64,000 nt of DNA from Veillonella parvula (GCF_048309325.1 NZ_DBFBTX010000002.1:42478-106477), one strand, 5' to 3'; shown: positions 1-9,762, counted from the stretch's first letter. Program-made: numbers and translations. Notes: generated from the sequence alone by a model not told the origin.

Positions 1-3000
1 TAATCGTTTCCACATTAAGGTTTTTACCAAGTTTCACATCAATTGTGCTATCGCCGTTAGCATCTTGAGAGATATCCGTAATGATATTAGAGTTATCCCC
101 TTTAACTGCTACTTTGGAGCCCAATTTATTTGTTTTTTCGCCGCCTGTATTAGCGTCGAATTTAAGACCTTTATCAATAAGATCTTGTTTAGTTGTATCA
201 ATCTTATTGTTTAAATCATTTTTAGTATTTGTGATTTGGTCACCAAGATCCTGCTTAACTTGATGTAATTGACCGCCGTTTACAGCATCTTTAGAACCAG
301 CCGCTACGTTACCATCTTTCAAGTTAGTAATTTTTGTACCGTTAGCACCTTCTAATGTTACTGTGTCATGACCTGTATTACCATCGTATTTCACAGAACG
401 ATCTTTTACTTTATCAAGCTCTGTTTTAGACGCAAGATCCTTGATTGTTACAGTGTTAACCGTACCGGATTTTTCGTCTTTCACTTGCAAATCAACTTTA
501 TTGTTATCAACTTTATAAGAGCCGTCTGCCGCATTGTTCGGATTAGCGATCAAACGGTAGTCCGTAGCACTTGCATTAGCCGCATTAGCCGCTTTTACAG
601 CATCGCTGACAATTTTAAGTTGATCTTCTGTTGCCGCACGACCGGATACAAAAGTAGGATCAGTTAAAGTCCAAGATTTATTATCCAAACCAGATACAAA
701 ATTACCATTTTGAGTCGCTGACTTGTTGTCTGTTACAGCTTGGTTACCCATAGTAGCAGTACCAGCTTTTACAGTTCTTGTAGCAGTTACCGTATTAACA
801 TTGATATCTTGACCCAATGCAACCTTAATCGTTGTATCGTCGCCAGTTTGTGTAATTGTAGTGTTGATGTTAGTACCATCACCAGCTACTGTTACCTTGG
901 AGCCTAATTTATTTGTTTTTTCGCCGCCATTATCCGCATCGAATTTCAAACCTTTATTAATAAGCTCTGTTTTTGTATCATCAAGTTCTGTTTTAGATGC
1001 GATATCCTTGATAGTTACAGTTTTCTTATTCGCAGGGTTTTTAGCATCTTGTACAGTTAAGTCAACTTTATTGCCAGATACAGTGTATGCTTTATCAGCA
1101 GCACTGCTGTTTTCAGTCAATTGGTAATCTGGAGCGTCTACGTCAACTTTATATGTTTTATATGTACCGTCAGTACCTTCTGTAATCGTTGTATTTTTAC
1201 CAGCAACAACTTTTACTGCTTTTTGCGCTTCATCACGAATAACGGATTTACCATTGTCAGTAATATTGGACAAGTCTTTATTTGCCGCATTGTCGATTTT
1301 ATTCTTAGTAGCATCAGTCAACGCCACATCGATTGTTTGGTTGTTAACAGATGTCGTAACATAAGAACCATCGCCTTTTACAGTCAATGTTTGGTTGTCC
1401 AATAAAACGTCATTGTTACCGCTGTTGCCGGCTACTTTCAAGTTAACATTGCGCAATTGTGCCACATTAACAGCATCAGTATCCGCAGTACCTGCAGCCA
1501 CGTTTGTGATTTGACGAGTTTTCGTACCGCCGTCACCTACGGACACCGCACCCATAGTGGATGTCAACGCAGCGCCTGTCAATCCGCTATATCCGTTTGT
1601 ACGGCTGTCTGCAGTTTTAACATTATAACCTGCTTTACCGGCCGCAACGGAAGCAACGGAATTCGCACCCAATGCAACGCCGTCATCTACGCTGGATTTT
1701 GCTTTATAACCGATAGCAGTACTGTTCGCATTAGCTGCAGTCGCATCAGCACCGACAGCTGTAGCGAAGTTACTTGCTGCAGAAGTACGTACACCGGCTG
1801 CTGTCGCATTATTGCCTGTAGCACCTGTGTTATCGTAGTTCGCATCAGCAGATGTGCCTTTAGCACTGAAGAAATTCGTTTGCGCCGCTTCAACAGCCTC
1901 TTTTACCGTATGGTATGTGCTGTTCTTGATATTGAAATCAGGCGCTTTATATGTAGAACCATTCGCTTCATAGCCCGTATAAGTAGGACCTGCGATGGAT
2001 TTTGCCAAGTTACTGTTTACAAATTTTAATTGTTTAACATTTGTTGCGTCAGTATCGTTTTCACCACCTGCCACGTTGATGATACGGCGTTCAGAACCTA
2101 CGTTACCTACTGCAACTACACCGTTTGCAATATTGTTATTTTGTTGGTTAGTGAAAGCAGAGTAACCATTAACCAAGGCACCTCTTACTTCCGTACCAGT
2201 ACCCAATGCCAAGGAATTATTGGATTCTGCAACGGCATTTGTACCGATAGCCATGGAGTTAGTACCTGTAACAGTAGCACCAAGACCGATAGCTGTCGTA
2301 TTAGTATTGTTTGCTTTCGCTTCTTTACCGATTGCAATGGCACCATCTTTAGAGGCATTAGCCGCACCGCCAAGTGCAAGCGCATCAGCACCCAAGGATT
2401 TTGCATTACCACCTAATGCGATAGAGTTCGATAATTTAGCTTGGGAAGAACTACCCATAGCGATAGCATCAGCACCAGCAGCATTAGAGCTACTACCCAT
2501 GGCAAAGCTGCTTACACCACTTGCATTGGCACTTTTACCCATCGCTACCGCATTTTGTGCGGATGATTGCGCCGTATTACCGATAGCAAAGGCATTCTCT
2601 GCACTAGCATTAGCACTATAACCCATAGCTACCGCATTAGCGCCACCAGTACTGGATGAAGAACCGAATGCCATAGAATCATCTGCACCAACTGCAGTAC
2701 GAGCTTTTGTACCGAAAGCAAGAGAACGAGCCCCTTCTGTTACGGTATTACCATCGCCATTATATTTAGCACTTGGAGTACCATGTTGTTGACCAGGTAA
2801 TTTTATAGTTTCTGCCGCACCAATTGCGATAGATTGATCCGCTTTTGCTGTAGCGGAGTAACCCATGGCAAAACTACCATTACCCTTTGCCCAGGATGCA
2901 GTACCCAATGCTGTGGAGAACTCACCTTCTGCGGCAGATTGACGCATCATAGCCAAGGAGTTAAATCCGCTCGCCTTTGTAGCTGTACCAAGAGCCATAG

Positions 3001-3514
3001 CAGATGGTGATAAAGCCTGAGCATAATGACCTAAAGCAAAAGAAATACCACCTGTGGCCTGAGCATAGTTACCGATAGCTAAACCGGAATAATAAGTTGG
3101 ATTACCAGCTTCCTGAATATTTGTATTTTTACCGATAGCAATGCCAGCAAAACTATTTTCTGTATAGTTACCTCTATCTGTACCATTGTACAAATGACTG
3201 TTATCAAATGGTGTCAGGTTCCCAGGGTTTTGATAATTGTATAAATAACTACCTTCACTATAAACTACATTACCAGTAGCATAACCAGCGCCATTTACAT
3301 CATTAATCGTCATAGCAGTATATGTAGCAGCATTAACTGTAGTAATATTACCACCCATTAATAATGCAGCCACCGCCATGATTGCACTCATGCGTGCCCA
3401 GGTTGTACCGTTTTGTACGGATTTCACCTTACCGCCACCTGTTTTTACAATTTCAGATACTACAACGTAGCATTTTTTTGTCTTACTCCAAATAACATTA
3501 TAAATTCGATTCAT
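1..3514 (-). CDS. Trimeric autotransporter adhesin (type Vc), 5' portion only; the ORF continues past the left window edge
   Basis: Not in the ORF track because it has no in-window stop. Reverse translation from ATG 3514-3512 gives MNRIYNVIWSKTKKCYVVVSEIVKTGGGKVKSVQNGTTWARMSAIMAVAALL, an autotransporter extended signal peptide region. Spot translations in the same frame near 3400, 2430, 2050, 1450-2000 and 2-60 are stop-free. They give YadA head/neck motifs (NSIALGGNA, GVALGANSVA, TDAVNVAQLRNVN, DATNVKQL). Confidence 0.85.
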   Translation of the reverse strand, partial: MNRIYNVIWSKTKKCYVVVSEIVKTGGGKVKSVQNGTTWARMSAIMAVAALLMGGNITTVNAATYTAMTINDVNGAGYATGNVVYSEGSYLYNYQNPGNLTPFDNSHLYNGTDRGNYTENSFAGIAIGKNTNIQEAGNPTYYSGLAIGNYAQATGGISFALGHYAQALSPSAMALGTATKASGFNSLAMMRQSAAEGEFSTALGTASWAKGNGSFAMGYSATAKADQSIAIGAAETIKLPGQQHGTPSAKYNGDGNTVTEGARSLAFGTKARTAVGADDSMAFGSSSSTGGANAVAMGYSANASAENAFAIGNTAQSSAQNAVAMGKSANASGVSSFAMGSSSNAAGADAIAMGSSSQAKLSNSIALGGNAKSLGADALALGGAANASKDGAIAIGKEAKANNTNTTAIGLGATVTGTNSMAIGTNAVAESNNSLALGTGTEVRGALVNGYSAFTNQQNNNIANGVVAVGNVGSERRIINVAGGENDTDATNVKQLKFVNSNLAKSIAGPTYTGYEANGSTYKAPDFNIKNSTYHTVKEAVEAAQTNFFSAKGTSADANYDNTGATGNNATAAGVRTSAASNFATAVGADATAANANSTAIGYKAKSSVDDGVALGANSVASVAAGKAGYNVKTADSRTNGYSGLTGAALTSTMGAVSVGDGGTKTRQITNVAAGTADTDAVNVAQLRNVNLKVAGNSGNNDVLLDNQTLTVKGDGSYVTTSVNNQTIDVALTDATKNKIDNAANKDLSNITDNGKSVIRDEAQKAVKVVAGKNTTITEGTDGTYKTYKVDVDAPDYQLTENSSAADKAYTVSGNKVDLTVQDAKNPANKKTVTIKDIASKTELDDTKTELINKGLKFDADNGGEKTNKLGSKVTVAGDGTNINTTITQTGDDTTIKVALGQDINVNTVTATRTVKAGTATMGNQAVTDNKSATQNGNFVSGLDNKSWTLTDPTFVSGRAATEDQLKIVSDAVKAANAANASATDYRLIANPNNAADGSYKVDNNKVDLQVKDEKSGTVNTVTIKDLASKTELDKVKDRSVKYDGNTGHDTVTLEGANGTKITNLKDGNVAAGSKDAVNGGQLHQVKQDLGDQITNTKNDLNNKIDTTKQDLIDKGLKFDANTGGEKTNKLGSKVAVKGDNSNIITDISQDANGDSTIDVKLGKNLNVETI

Positions 3515-3972
3515 GATTATCCTTTCTTACCGAAAACTCAGTAAAACACACCACTTGTGTTGCATAATATTGCAAAGATAATAAAAAGAAGAAGTATAAA
3601 GATTAATCATCATCTACACTTCTTACAACAAATATTAGTATTCCAAATTACGATCTGAATACTATAATTATTCATGATTCTTCATCATATACTCATCCAC
3701 GGCAATACAATATCAAAAAATTTCTATCTTGTAAACAACTTTTTTCATCTTTTCTTCATTTTTGTCGTTTATTTATTTCTAATTTAATACTTTTTAATTC
3801 TAAGAAATAAAATCTTCATCTTTCCTATCAAAATTTACGATAAATCCACATATCGGAATATAACGATTATTGTAATTACGTAATCAATTTCATATTTTTA
3901 GACTTTTCAGTTTAGTACTTTCATAGATAAGATAATTTTATATACAGAAAAATTATCACCTACAGGTACACG

Positions 3973-4002
3973 AAAAAGCCGAGGCCCTAGAGCCTCGGCT
4001 TT
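3973..4002 (-). terminator. Rho-independent terminator downstream of the 4031-6439 adhesin gene
   Basis: GC-rich hairpin gccgaggc-N6-gcctcggc. On the minus strand it is followed by a TTTTT run. Confidence 0.75.
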
Positions 4003-4030
4003 CACAATATAAATCATATATATAAGTATT

Positions 4031-6439
4031 CTATTTTTTATTGACCCTTACACGTTCAATAGTCGGTTGTCCTTCATGATTCTTGGCAATAGTATCCACA
4101 CGGAATAACGCCATTTCAGGACCAAATTCAGATACGAGTCGATCATCGACAGCAACACCGTTTTGAATAGCTCGGTACACAATTTGAGCAAATTCATAAC
4201 GGGTCAACATACGGTCTCCTCCGAATGTACCATCAGGATATCCTTCTACAAGACCACGTCGAGATAGATCGCTAACCGCCGCATATGCCCAGTGATTATT
4301 CGGCACATCAGGGAATAATGTGCTGCGGTCTGCTTTCATATTCGTTCCGGCCAATCCATTCAAAAGAGCAGTCAACTTTTGAATCTGCACATTTTGTACC
4401 GCTACAGTTTTCTTAAGCTCCAAAACTTCCTTACCAATAGCTACACGAGAACGGGATACATTACTGTGAGCACCTACTTTCACGGACATACCAGCATTCA
4501 CAACCGTTTCGCCATTACCAACAGTAGATCCTACACTAAATTGCAAGTCCTCATTTGGTCTGTAGAAAGCCCCCAATGCTGCGGCATTGCCATCATGGTA
4601 GTGGCCATACCCAGCAGCAAAGTCCCATTTTGCATCAGGGTCGAAATCCAATGGATGCAAGGCAGCAAGTGCGGCCGCTCCGGCCACGGATTTGTTAACC
4701 TTTTTATCGAGACGAGCTACATTCCGCCCCATATTGGTTACATCCTGCTTGATATTAGTAATGTCACCTTGAATATTGGTTACATTCTTTTTAATATTGG
4801 TCACATCACCTTGTATATTGTTAATATTTGTCGTGTTATTTGTAATCTGATTCGTTATATCGTCAGATAGGCTTACCTTATAATCCTTAGTAGTTCCGTT
4901 CGTCGTAGTTGTCACATTAATATGCTTACCTGCACTGACGGTAGTGGAACCGTTCGCATTCACTTGATTTTGCAACTTTTTGAGCTGTGCCACATTCACC
5001 GCATCCGTATCCTTTGTGCCGGCTGCTACGGATGTAATCTGACGCGTAATATTGTTATTTGCATCACCGACAGATACGGCCGATTTAGTCGCCTTCCACG
5101 TAGAATCCGTATTCGTGGACTGTGCCTTTGTACTCGGATCATACCCAACGGATCCAGCTGCCACAGTAGCCTTCGATTCACTGCCCAATGCAACGCCGCC
5201 CTCTACGGTTACATTCGTATTATGTCCGACAGCGACCGCATTATTAACAGATGTCGTAGTCTTGCTGTCTGTAGAACCGATAAGAACCGCATGATTGACA
5301 TCTTTTACCTCACGATTATCCCCCATCACAAGACTGTTCTTAGAATTAGTCACCGTATTTTCAGACCCTATTACGGTCGTATTGGACACCTTATCCGCCG
5401 TATTGTGAAAGCCCGTCAACATGGTATTCTCACTTTCTTTGCCTTGAGAGCCGGTCAATGTATTATTGACACCCATAAGTGCGGAGCGAAATGTATAATC
5501 CGCCTTATTACCGCTACCAAATGCCATAGTAGAACCGCCACCATTAGAATTTTTGACAGCAGAACGTAATTTCTCAGCTAGTTCTTTAGCGGAATTACCT
5601 CCCGAACTTGGCGCTGAAATATCGGCTACAGAATTCGTTATTTCATTCCCAGCACCAAAAACGAGAGATCCATTGGAGTTAAAGGTTCGATTGGCAGTGC
5701 CTACGATACTATTTGCAACCCCAGAGTATTGAGAGCTAGCACTTGCCGATTCAATACTATTTAAAGACCCTGTAATAGTAGCACCAAAATTCTTAGTGGC
5801 ATCAGCGGTAGTGGTAGGATAACCTGAAGAGGCAATCGAATAAGCCCCTACAATAGAAGAAAACAAACCATTAGAATAACTATTCGCTCCTATAGTTGTG
5901 GAAAATAAATGTCCATTATTATTTTTGGTATTAGAACTATCTACATCCACATCACCTAATTTTCCTTTATAATTATGGGTCCCCAACATAATACTTCCAG
6001 AACGAGCATAGGTGTTTTGACCAATAGCCATTCCGGTTACCATCTTTTCAGGATTTTTTGGGAGCCCGAAAGGTATACCAAAAAGATTTTTGTATCCAGC
6101 CTGATTAAAATCAAACGCTCTTTCCATTCCGCCTACCATATTTTCGACGAATGAATTCGCACCTATGGCAATGCCGCCACCTTGATCAATATAATTATTA
6201 ATATGTGCCTTTCCACCAATTACAATATCACCTGTGGACGGCTGTCCGACACCACCCGAATACTCTATAGTAGCCCCTTTACCAATGGCTACGTTTTCCG
6301 CCTTTGGTGCATTGCTACCCGTACCGATGGCTACACCGTTACCGCTACCCGGTGCCACATCCACCGCTCCGGCCACATATAGGCTCGATAACAACACACC
6401 ATTAATCAACACCGATAATATAAGTTTACGCTTGCTCAT
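4031..6439 (-). CDS. Trimeric autotransporter adhesin with YadA-type anchor followed by coiled coil and C-terminal SLH domain
   Basis: 802 aa with a signal peptide (MSKRKLILSVLINGVLLSS). G/N/S/T-rich head repeats, neck DTDAVNVAQLKKL and 11-residue stalk repeats (NIQGDVTNIKKNVTNIQGDITNIKQDVTNM). Anchor AGAAALAALHPLDFDPDAKWDFAAGYGHY...AGMSVKVG. SLH motif follows: FPDVPNNHWAYAAVSDLSRRGLVEGYPDGTFGGDRMLTRYEFAQIVYRA. Confidence 0.9.
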   Translation of the reverse strand: MSKRKLILSVLINGVLLSSLYVAGAVDVAPGSGNGVAIGTGSNAPKAENVAIGKGATIEYSGGVGQPSTGDIVIGGKAHINNYIDQGGGIAIGANSFVENMVGGMERAFDFNQAGYKNLFGIPFGLPKNPEKMVTGMAIGQNTYARSGSIMLGTHNYKGKLGDVDVDSSNTKNNNGHLFSTTIGANSYSNGLFSSIVGAYSIASSGYPTTTADATKNFGATITGSLNSIESASASSQYSGVANSIVGTANRTFNSNGSLVFGAGNEITNSVADISAPSSGGNSAKELAEKLRSAVKNSNGGGSTMAFGSGNKADYTFRSALMGVNNTLTGSQGKESENTMLTGFHNTADKVSNTTVIGSENTVTNSKNSLVMGDNREVKDVNHAVLIGSTDSKTTTSVNNAVAVGHNTNVTVEGGVALGSESKATVAAGSVGYDPSTKAQSTNTDSTWKATKSAVSVGDANNNITRQITSVAAGTKDTDAVNVAQLKKLQNQVNANGSTTVSAGKHINVTTTTNGTTKDYKVSLSDDITNQITNNTTNINNIQGDVTNIKKNVTNIQGDITNIKQDVTNMGRNVARLDKKVNKSVAGAAALAALHPLDFDPDAKWDFAAGYGHYHDGNAAALGAFYRPNEDLQFSVGSTVGNGETVVNAGMSVKVGAHSNVSRSRVAIGKEVLELKKTVAVQNVQIQKLTALLNGLAGTNMKADRSTLFPDVPNNHWAYAAVSDLSRRGLVEGYPDGTFGGDRMLTRYEFAQIVYRAIQNGVAVDDRLVSEFGPEMALFRVDTIAKNHEGQPTIERVRVNKK

Positions 6440-6579
6440 TTTATCCTCTCCAATCCCTAATGAATTCCACGTGTAACTTATTCTTCATTATATTTTCATG
6501 AATATTGTGCCACTCTTTTTCTATTTTGTAAACAAAATAAATTTTTATGAATTAATGTATAAAAAAAGGAACTGTCTTT

Positions 6580-6608
6580 TCATATCAGATGACAATCATC
6601 TGATATGA
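6580..6608. repeat. Perfect 13-bp inverted repeat TCATATCAGATGA-caa-TCATCTGATATGA
   Basis: Read directly. No flanking T-tract on either strand. Lies between the 6702-7745 ORF stop and the promoter region of the 4031-6439 adhesin. Confidence 0.6.
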
Positions 6609-6701
6609 TAAAACAGCTCCCTATGTTGCTTTTATCTAAAAAATAAATATGGATTCTTATGCTACTTTTATCAAAATAATAAATATATATATATCAATCT
6701 A

Positions 6702-7745
6702 TCAATCAACGTGCACCGTATGTTGGCGGCGCACATTTTCTAGCATATTCGCACGAACCGATGCTTTTGCATCCGATCGATGGTTACCACCAAACCATGC
6801 CGTATCAACCCCGGCTAGACGGAACATGATTTTTCCGTACGGACTGCCATGCTCATGCTCGGGCTTATTATAGCCCATGTCCACGGAAATCCTCGGCGTG
6901 AGCTGCAACTCCGTACCGATACGCAAGCCATGCTTATCCTCACTACGCCGCAACTGCCAACGATAGGCTTCCATGTACACGCGCGCCCAACGGGCATTCT
7001 TAAAGCTAGTCCCATATTCCGCAGTATATCCGTTAGACACGCTCTCCAAGCGTGTCGCACCGTCAAGGGAACGCTCGCTGGACACACCGCGATACCAGTT
7101 CATGCGAAATGCACCGATACCCGATACATACTCCAGCCCGACACTCATGCGACTGTGATTACCTCTGAACCGATGGTCATAAAACAGATTACCACCGTAA
7201 TAATGGTCATCGTTCGCTGCGATTCGGCGATAGCCGATACCCACATTCGCCGTCGTTCCTGTATCCGCTGCATTCGCCAACCTCTCCTGTGTAAACCACA
7301 CATGACGAGATGTCTCATCATAGTAACCTAGTGGTTGCAATGTTTCCACACCGTACAAGGGCTTCCAGTTTTTCTGAAAGCGCAATGACACGACGGTTCT
7401 CTGCATCCACGGTTTTGCCTTCGATCCGTGCATTGCGGAATGAACACCAGTCATAACCACCGCCTGCAACGCAGAGTTGACTGCATCCGTATCGGAATAA
7501 CGAGTCGTCTTTTTATCTGTGGAGTCCGGCATCTCCAATCCGCCCTGACCGATGACATGATCTGGAGTATGAGACGAATTAACATGGAATGTATCTGAGT
7601 CGTCAGATAAGGCGACCGTACTTTCACTATGAACTTGTTTTACCCTAGTCCCCTGTATAGGCTGCTCTGCTTTACTTACCTGCTCCCCCGATACAGGCAT
7701 GACAAACATATAAAGGGCACTCATCAACACGATTATATATTTCAT
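6702..7745 (-). CDS. Inverse autotransporter (intimin/invasin-type, Ve) beta-barrel domain protein without a passenger
   Basis: 347 aa with a signal peptide (MKYIIVLMSALYMFVMPVSG). The C-terminal ~200 aa follow the IAT beta-domain pattern: NVGIGYRR..GGNLFYDHRF.GNHSRMSVGLEY..FRMNWYRGVS..SNGYTAEYG..YMEAYRW..LQLTPRISVDMGY..ANMLENVRRQHTVHV. The ORF ends right after that. Assignment is by remembered family pattern, not a search. Confidence 0.6.
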   Translation of the reverse strand: MKYIIVLMSALYMFVMPVSGEQVSKAEQPIQGTRVKQVHSESTVALSDDSDTFHVNSSHTPDHVIGQGGLEMPDSTDKKTTRYSDTDAVNSALQAVVMTGVHSAMHGSKAKPWMQRTVVSLRFQKNWKPLYGVETLQPLGYYDETSRHVWFTQERLANAADTGTTANVGIGYRRIAANDDHYYGGNLFYDHRFRGNHSRMSVGLEYVSGIGAFRMNWYRGVSSERSLDGATRLESVSNGYTAEYGTSFKNARWARVYMEAYRWQLRRSEDKHGLRIGTELQLTPRISVDMGYNKPEHEHGSPYGKIMFRLAGVDTAWFGGNHRSDAKASVRANMLENVRRQHTVHVD

Positions 7746-8154
7746 TACACACTCTTACGTACAAACACACTTTTCATTACGCACATAATTATTTATTTAA
7801 TTATGTACTTAATACGTCATTACACACGCCGATGACTCATGATTTTATCATGAACAAAACATGAAATTATTTCTATTTTATATAAATATATAGAGGCTTG
7901 TCAATGCATATAGAATGCAATTTATACATATAAAATGCTAGAATACAATTTATAGAATAAATAAATATTTAAATTTTATAAATATGTGTCAAAGGTTTCT
8001 TATTAACTATAAATACCTATAGAATATATTGTATATTTATTGAATTTATATGAATATTCTATTTACAATATACCTTTTTGGTATTATAGTAGCCATGTAA
8101 GTCTTTTTATGAAAGTTTTGTGAAAGTTTGTTTGTACACAAAGGAGTGTATACG

Positions 8155-9564
8155 ATGAGTAAGAAACGTTTTGTATTAGCAAGTGTTGTAATGGTAGCTT
8201 TATCCACCACAGTTTATGCGGCGCCGGTCAATATCGTTGATAACAACGGTAACATCGGCAAGGAAGGTCAAACTTTCACCGCAGGAACAGGCGGTAACAT
8301 CACCCTCGGTGAGAATGCCGGTGCGGCGAACGGCAAGGGTAAGAATGTTAATGCGCAAGGTAATAACATAGCCTTAGGTGCAGCTGCTGGGGCCGGCTCA
8401 TCAGGCGGCGGCAATATCAACCTTGGGGCGAAGTCCTTCCGAGGCAGTACTGGCGATTTTAACGTAACCGTCGGTTTCGCCGCAGGTAATGCAAGCCAGT
8501 TGACGAACTCCATTGTCATGGGGACTCAATCAGGGGAAAACTCCGCAGGTGATAAAAACGTGTGGATTGGTAATTTTCAAGGTGCTAACAGTAAGGCCAG
8601 CAATTCTGTAGCCATCGGCTCGAATTCAACAGTAAACGGTCAGTTCGACCTTGCCGTAGGGCATTATGTGAATGTAAATGCCGCAAAAGGTTTGGCTGTA
8701 GGCTCTTATAATACACTATCAGAGAAAGCGACCGCATCCGGTGTATTCGGCCAGGGCGAATACGGTAAAACAGCTATTGATGCAGCCAATTCTTACAGTA
8801 TAGGTAATTACAACCACATTTCTGGAGAAAACACCTTTGTTCTCGGCAATAATGTGACTACCTCTCTAAAAAATGGCGTTGTCCTTGGCAATGATTCCGC
8901 TGACGGCGATGTAGTCGGTACAGCAAGCCATACCTTTGAAAATGGTACTACCGTCAACTATGCCGGCACCGCCCCTGTATCAACAGTATCCGTAGGGGCT
9001 AAGGGCAAGGAACGGACGATTACCAATCTCGCAGCAGGTCGCGTGAGTGCTACCTCTACAGATGCGGTCAACGGATCCCAACTCTACGGCGTTCATCAAA
9101 TGATTGATACCCTTGGTAAAAGTACAAGTCAACAGCTTAATAATTCTATTAGCACTATTGAAAAATCTGTACAACATGTATCTCAAGAGGTACAACGTGT
9201 TGAATCGGAATCCAATAAAGGTGATGCTCGTGCCGCTGCATTAGCTGCATTACATCCATTACCATATGATCCGGATAATCGCGTTCAATACATGGCGGGC
9301 TACGGTCATTATAAAAATGCAAATGCAGTAGCTCTAGGTGTAGGCTATTATCACAAAGATAATCTTTTACTCACCACAGGGTTTACAATGAACAATCACG
9401 TTATGGCCAATGTAGGTATCACCTATAGACCAGGAAAATCTTTGTCTACTGCTATGTCCCCTGCCTCTTATAACGCACTAGAACAACGCGTACAAGCATT
9501 AGAAGCTCAAAATAAAGATCTACAAGAAACAGTAAAACGCTTAGTAGAGAAACTTGAAAAATAA
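8155..9564 (+). CDS. Short trimeric autotransporter adhesin (YadA-like) with C-terminal coiled-coil tail, no SLH
   Basis: ATG 8155 is preceded by AAGGAG (8141-8146); the track ORF starts at upstream TTG 8128. Signal peptide MSKKRFVLASVVMVALSTTVYA. Head repeats (NIALGAAAG, NSVAIGSNS), neck STDAVNGSQLY. Anchor ARAAALAALHPLPYDPDNRVQYMAGYGHYKNANAVALGVGYY..ANVGITYRPG. Tail LEQRVQALEAQNKDLQETVKRLVEKLEK. Confidence 0.85.
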   Translation: MSKKRFVLASVVMVALSTTVYAAPVNIVDNNGNIGKEGQTFTAGTGGNITLGENAGAANGKGKNVNAQGNNIALGAAAGAGSSGGGNINLGAKSFRGSTGDFNVTVGFAAGNASQLTNSIVMGTQSGENSAGDKNVWIGNFQGANSKASNSVAIGSNSTVNGQFDLAVGHYVNVNAAKGLAVGSYNTLSEKATASGVFGQGEYGKTAIDAANSYSIGNYNHISGENTFVLGNNVTTSLKNGVVLGNDSADGDVVGTASHTFENGTTVNYAGTAPVSTVSVGAKGKERTITNLAAGRVSATSTDAVNGSQLYGVHQMIDTLGKSTSQQLNNSISTIEKSVQHVSQEVQRVESESNKGDARAAALAALHPLPYDPDNRVQYMAGYGHYKNANAVALGVGYYHKDNLLLTTGFTMNNHVMANVGITYRPGKSLSTAMSPASYNALEQRVQALEAQNKDLQETVKRLVEKLEK

Positions 9565-9618
9565 TAAGATCCCTTTATGGTAGTCCTATGACTACTTTCA
9601 CAAAAACACACTAAAACC

Positions 9619-9716
9619 AAAAAGCTGTACACACAGTCGATTTTTGAACCACCTTTGATGTTACATTCGTTTTGACATCAAAGCCGTTTAGTCTAATCTA
9701 TGTATGTACAGCTTTT
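9619..9716 (+). terminator. Composite terminator: 12-bp outer stem enclosing an independent 9-bp hairpin
   Basis: Outer stem aaaagctgtaca (9619-9631) pairs with tgtacagctttt (9705-9716) and is followed by T residues. Inner stem ctttgatgt (9653-9661) pairs with acatcaaag (9675-9683). Confidence 0.5.
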
Positions 9717-9762
9717 ATGATTATTTATATGTAGTTATTATAATAATGTATTTCATCTCAAT

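Noticed and set aside
81-2621. Plus-strand ORFs of 60-190 aa (81-263, 368-667, 861-1127, 1121-1405, 1457-2029, 2030-2416, 2220-2621) and minus-strand ORFs 1687-1893 and 2185-2412
   Set aside because: Their translations are low-complexity Cys/Ser/Thr/Ile-rich strings. They all lie antisense to, or out of frame with, the long minus-strand adhesin ORF, whose frame gives canonical YadA motifs. They are shadow ORFs.
3465-3480. A7 homopolymer in the ESPR-coding region of the first adhesin as a phase-variation tract
   Set aside because: Seven residues is short for efficient slipped-strand switching. It also simply encodes the conserved KK of the ESPR, so there is no supporting evidence.
6468-6476. 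Additional CACGTG-containing sites (about 6468 and about 52815) as possible parS
   Set aside because: The flanks do not match TGTTNCACGTGAAACA, with several mismatches on both arms.
7850-8100. TATAGAAT motif recurring at 7909, 7951 and 8018 (and inverted at 8056) in the divergent adhesin promoter region
   Set aside because: The region is more than 75% AT by eye. An A/T-rich 8-mer recurring three or four times in 250 bp is not clearly beyond chance without statistics.
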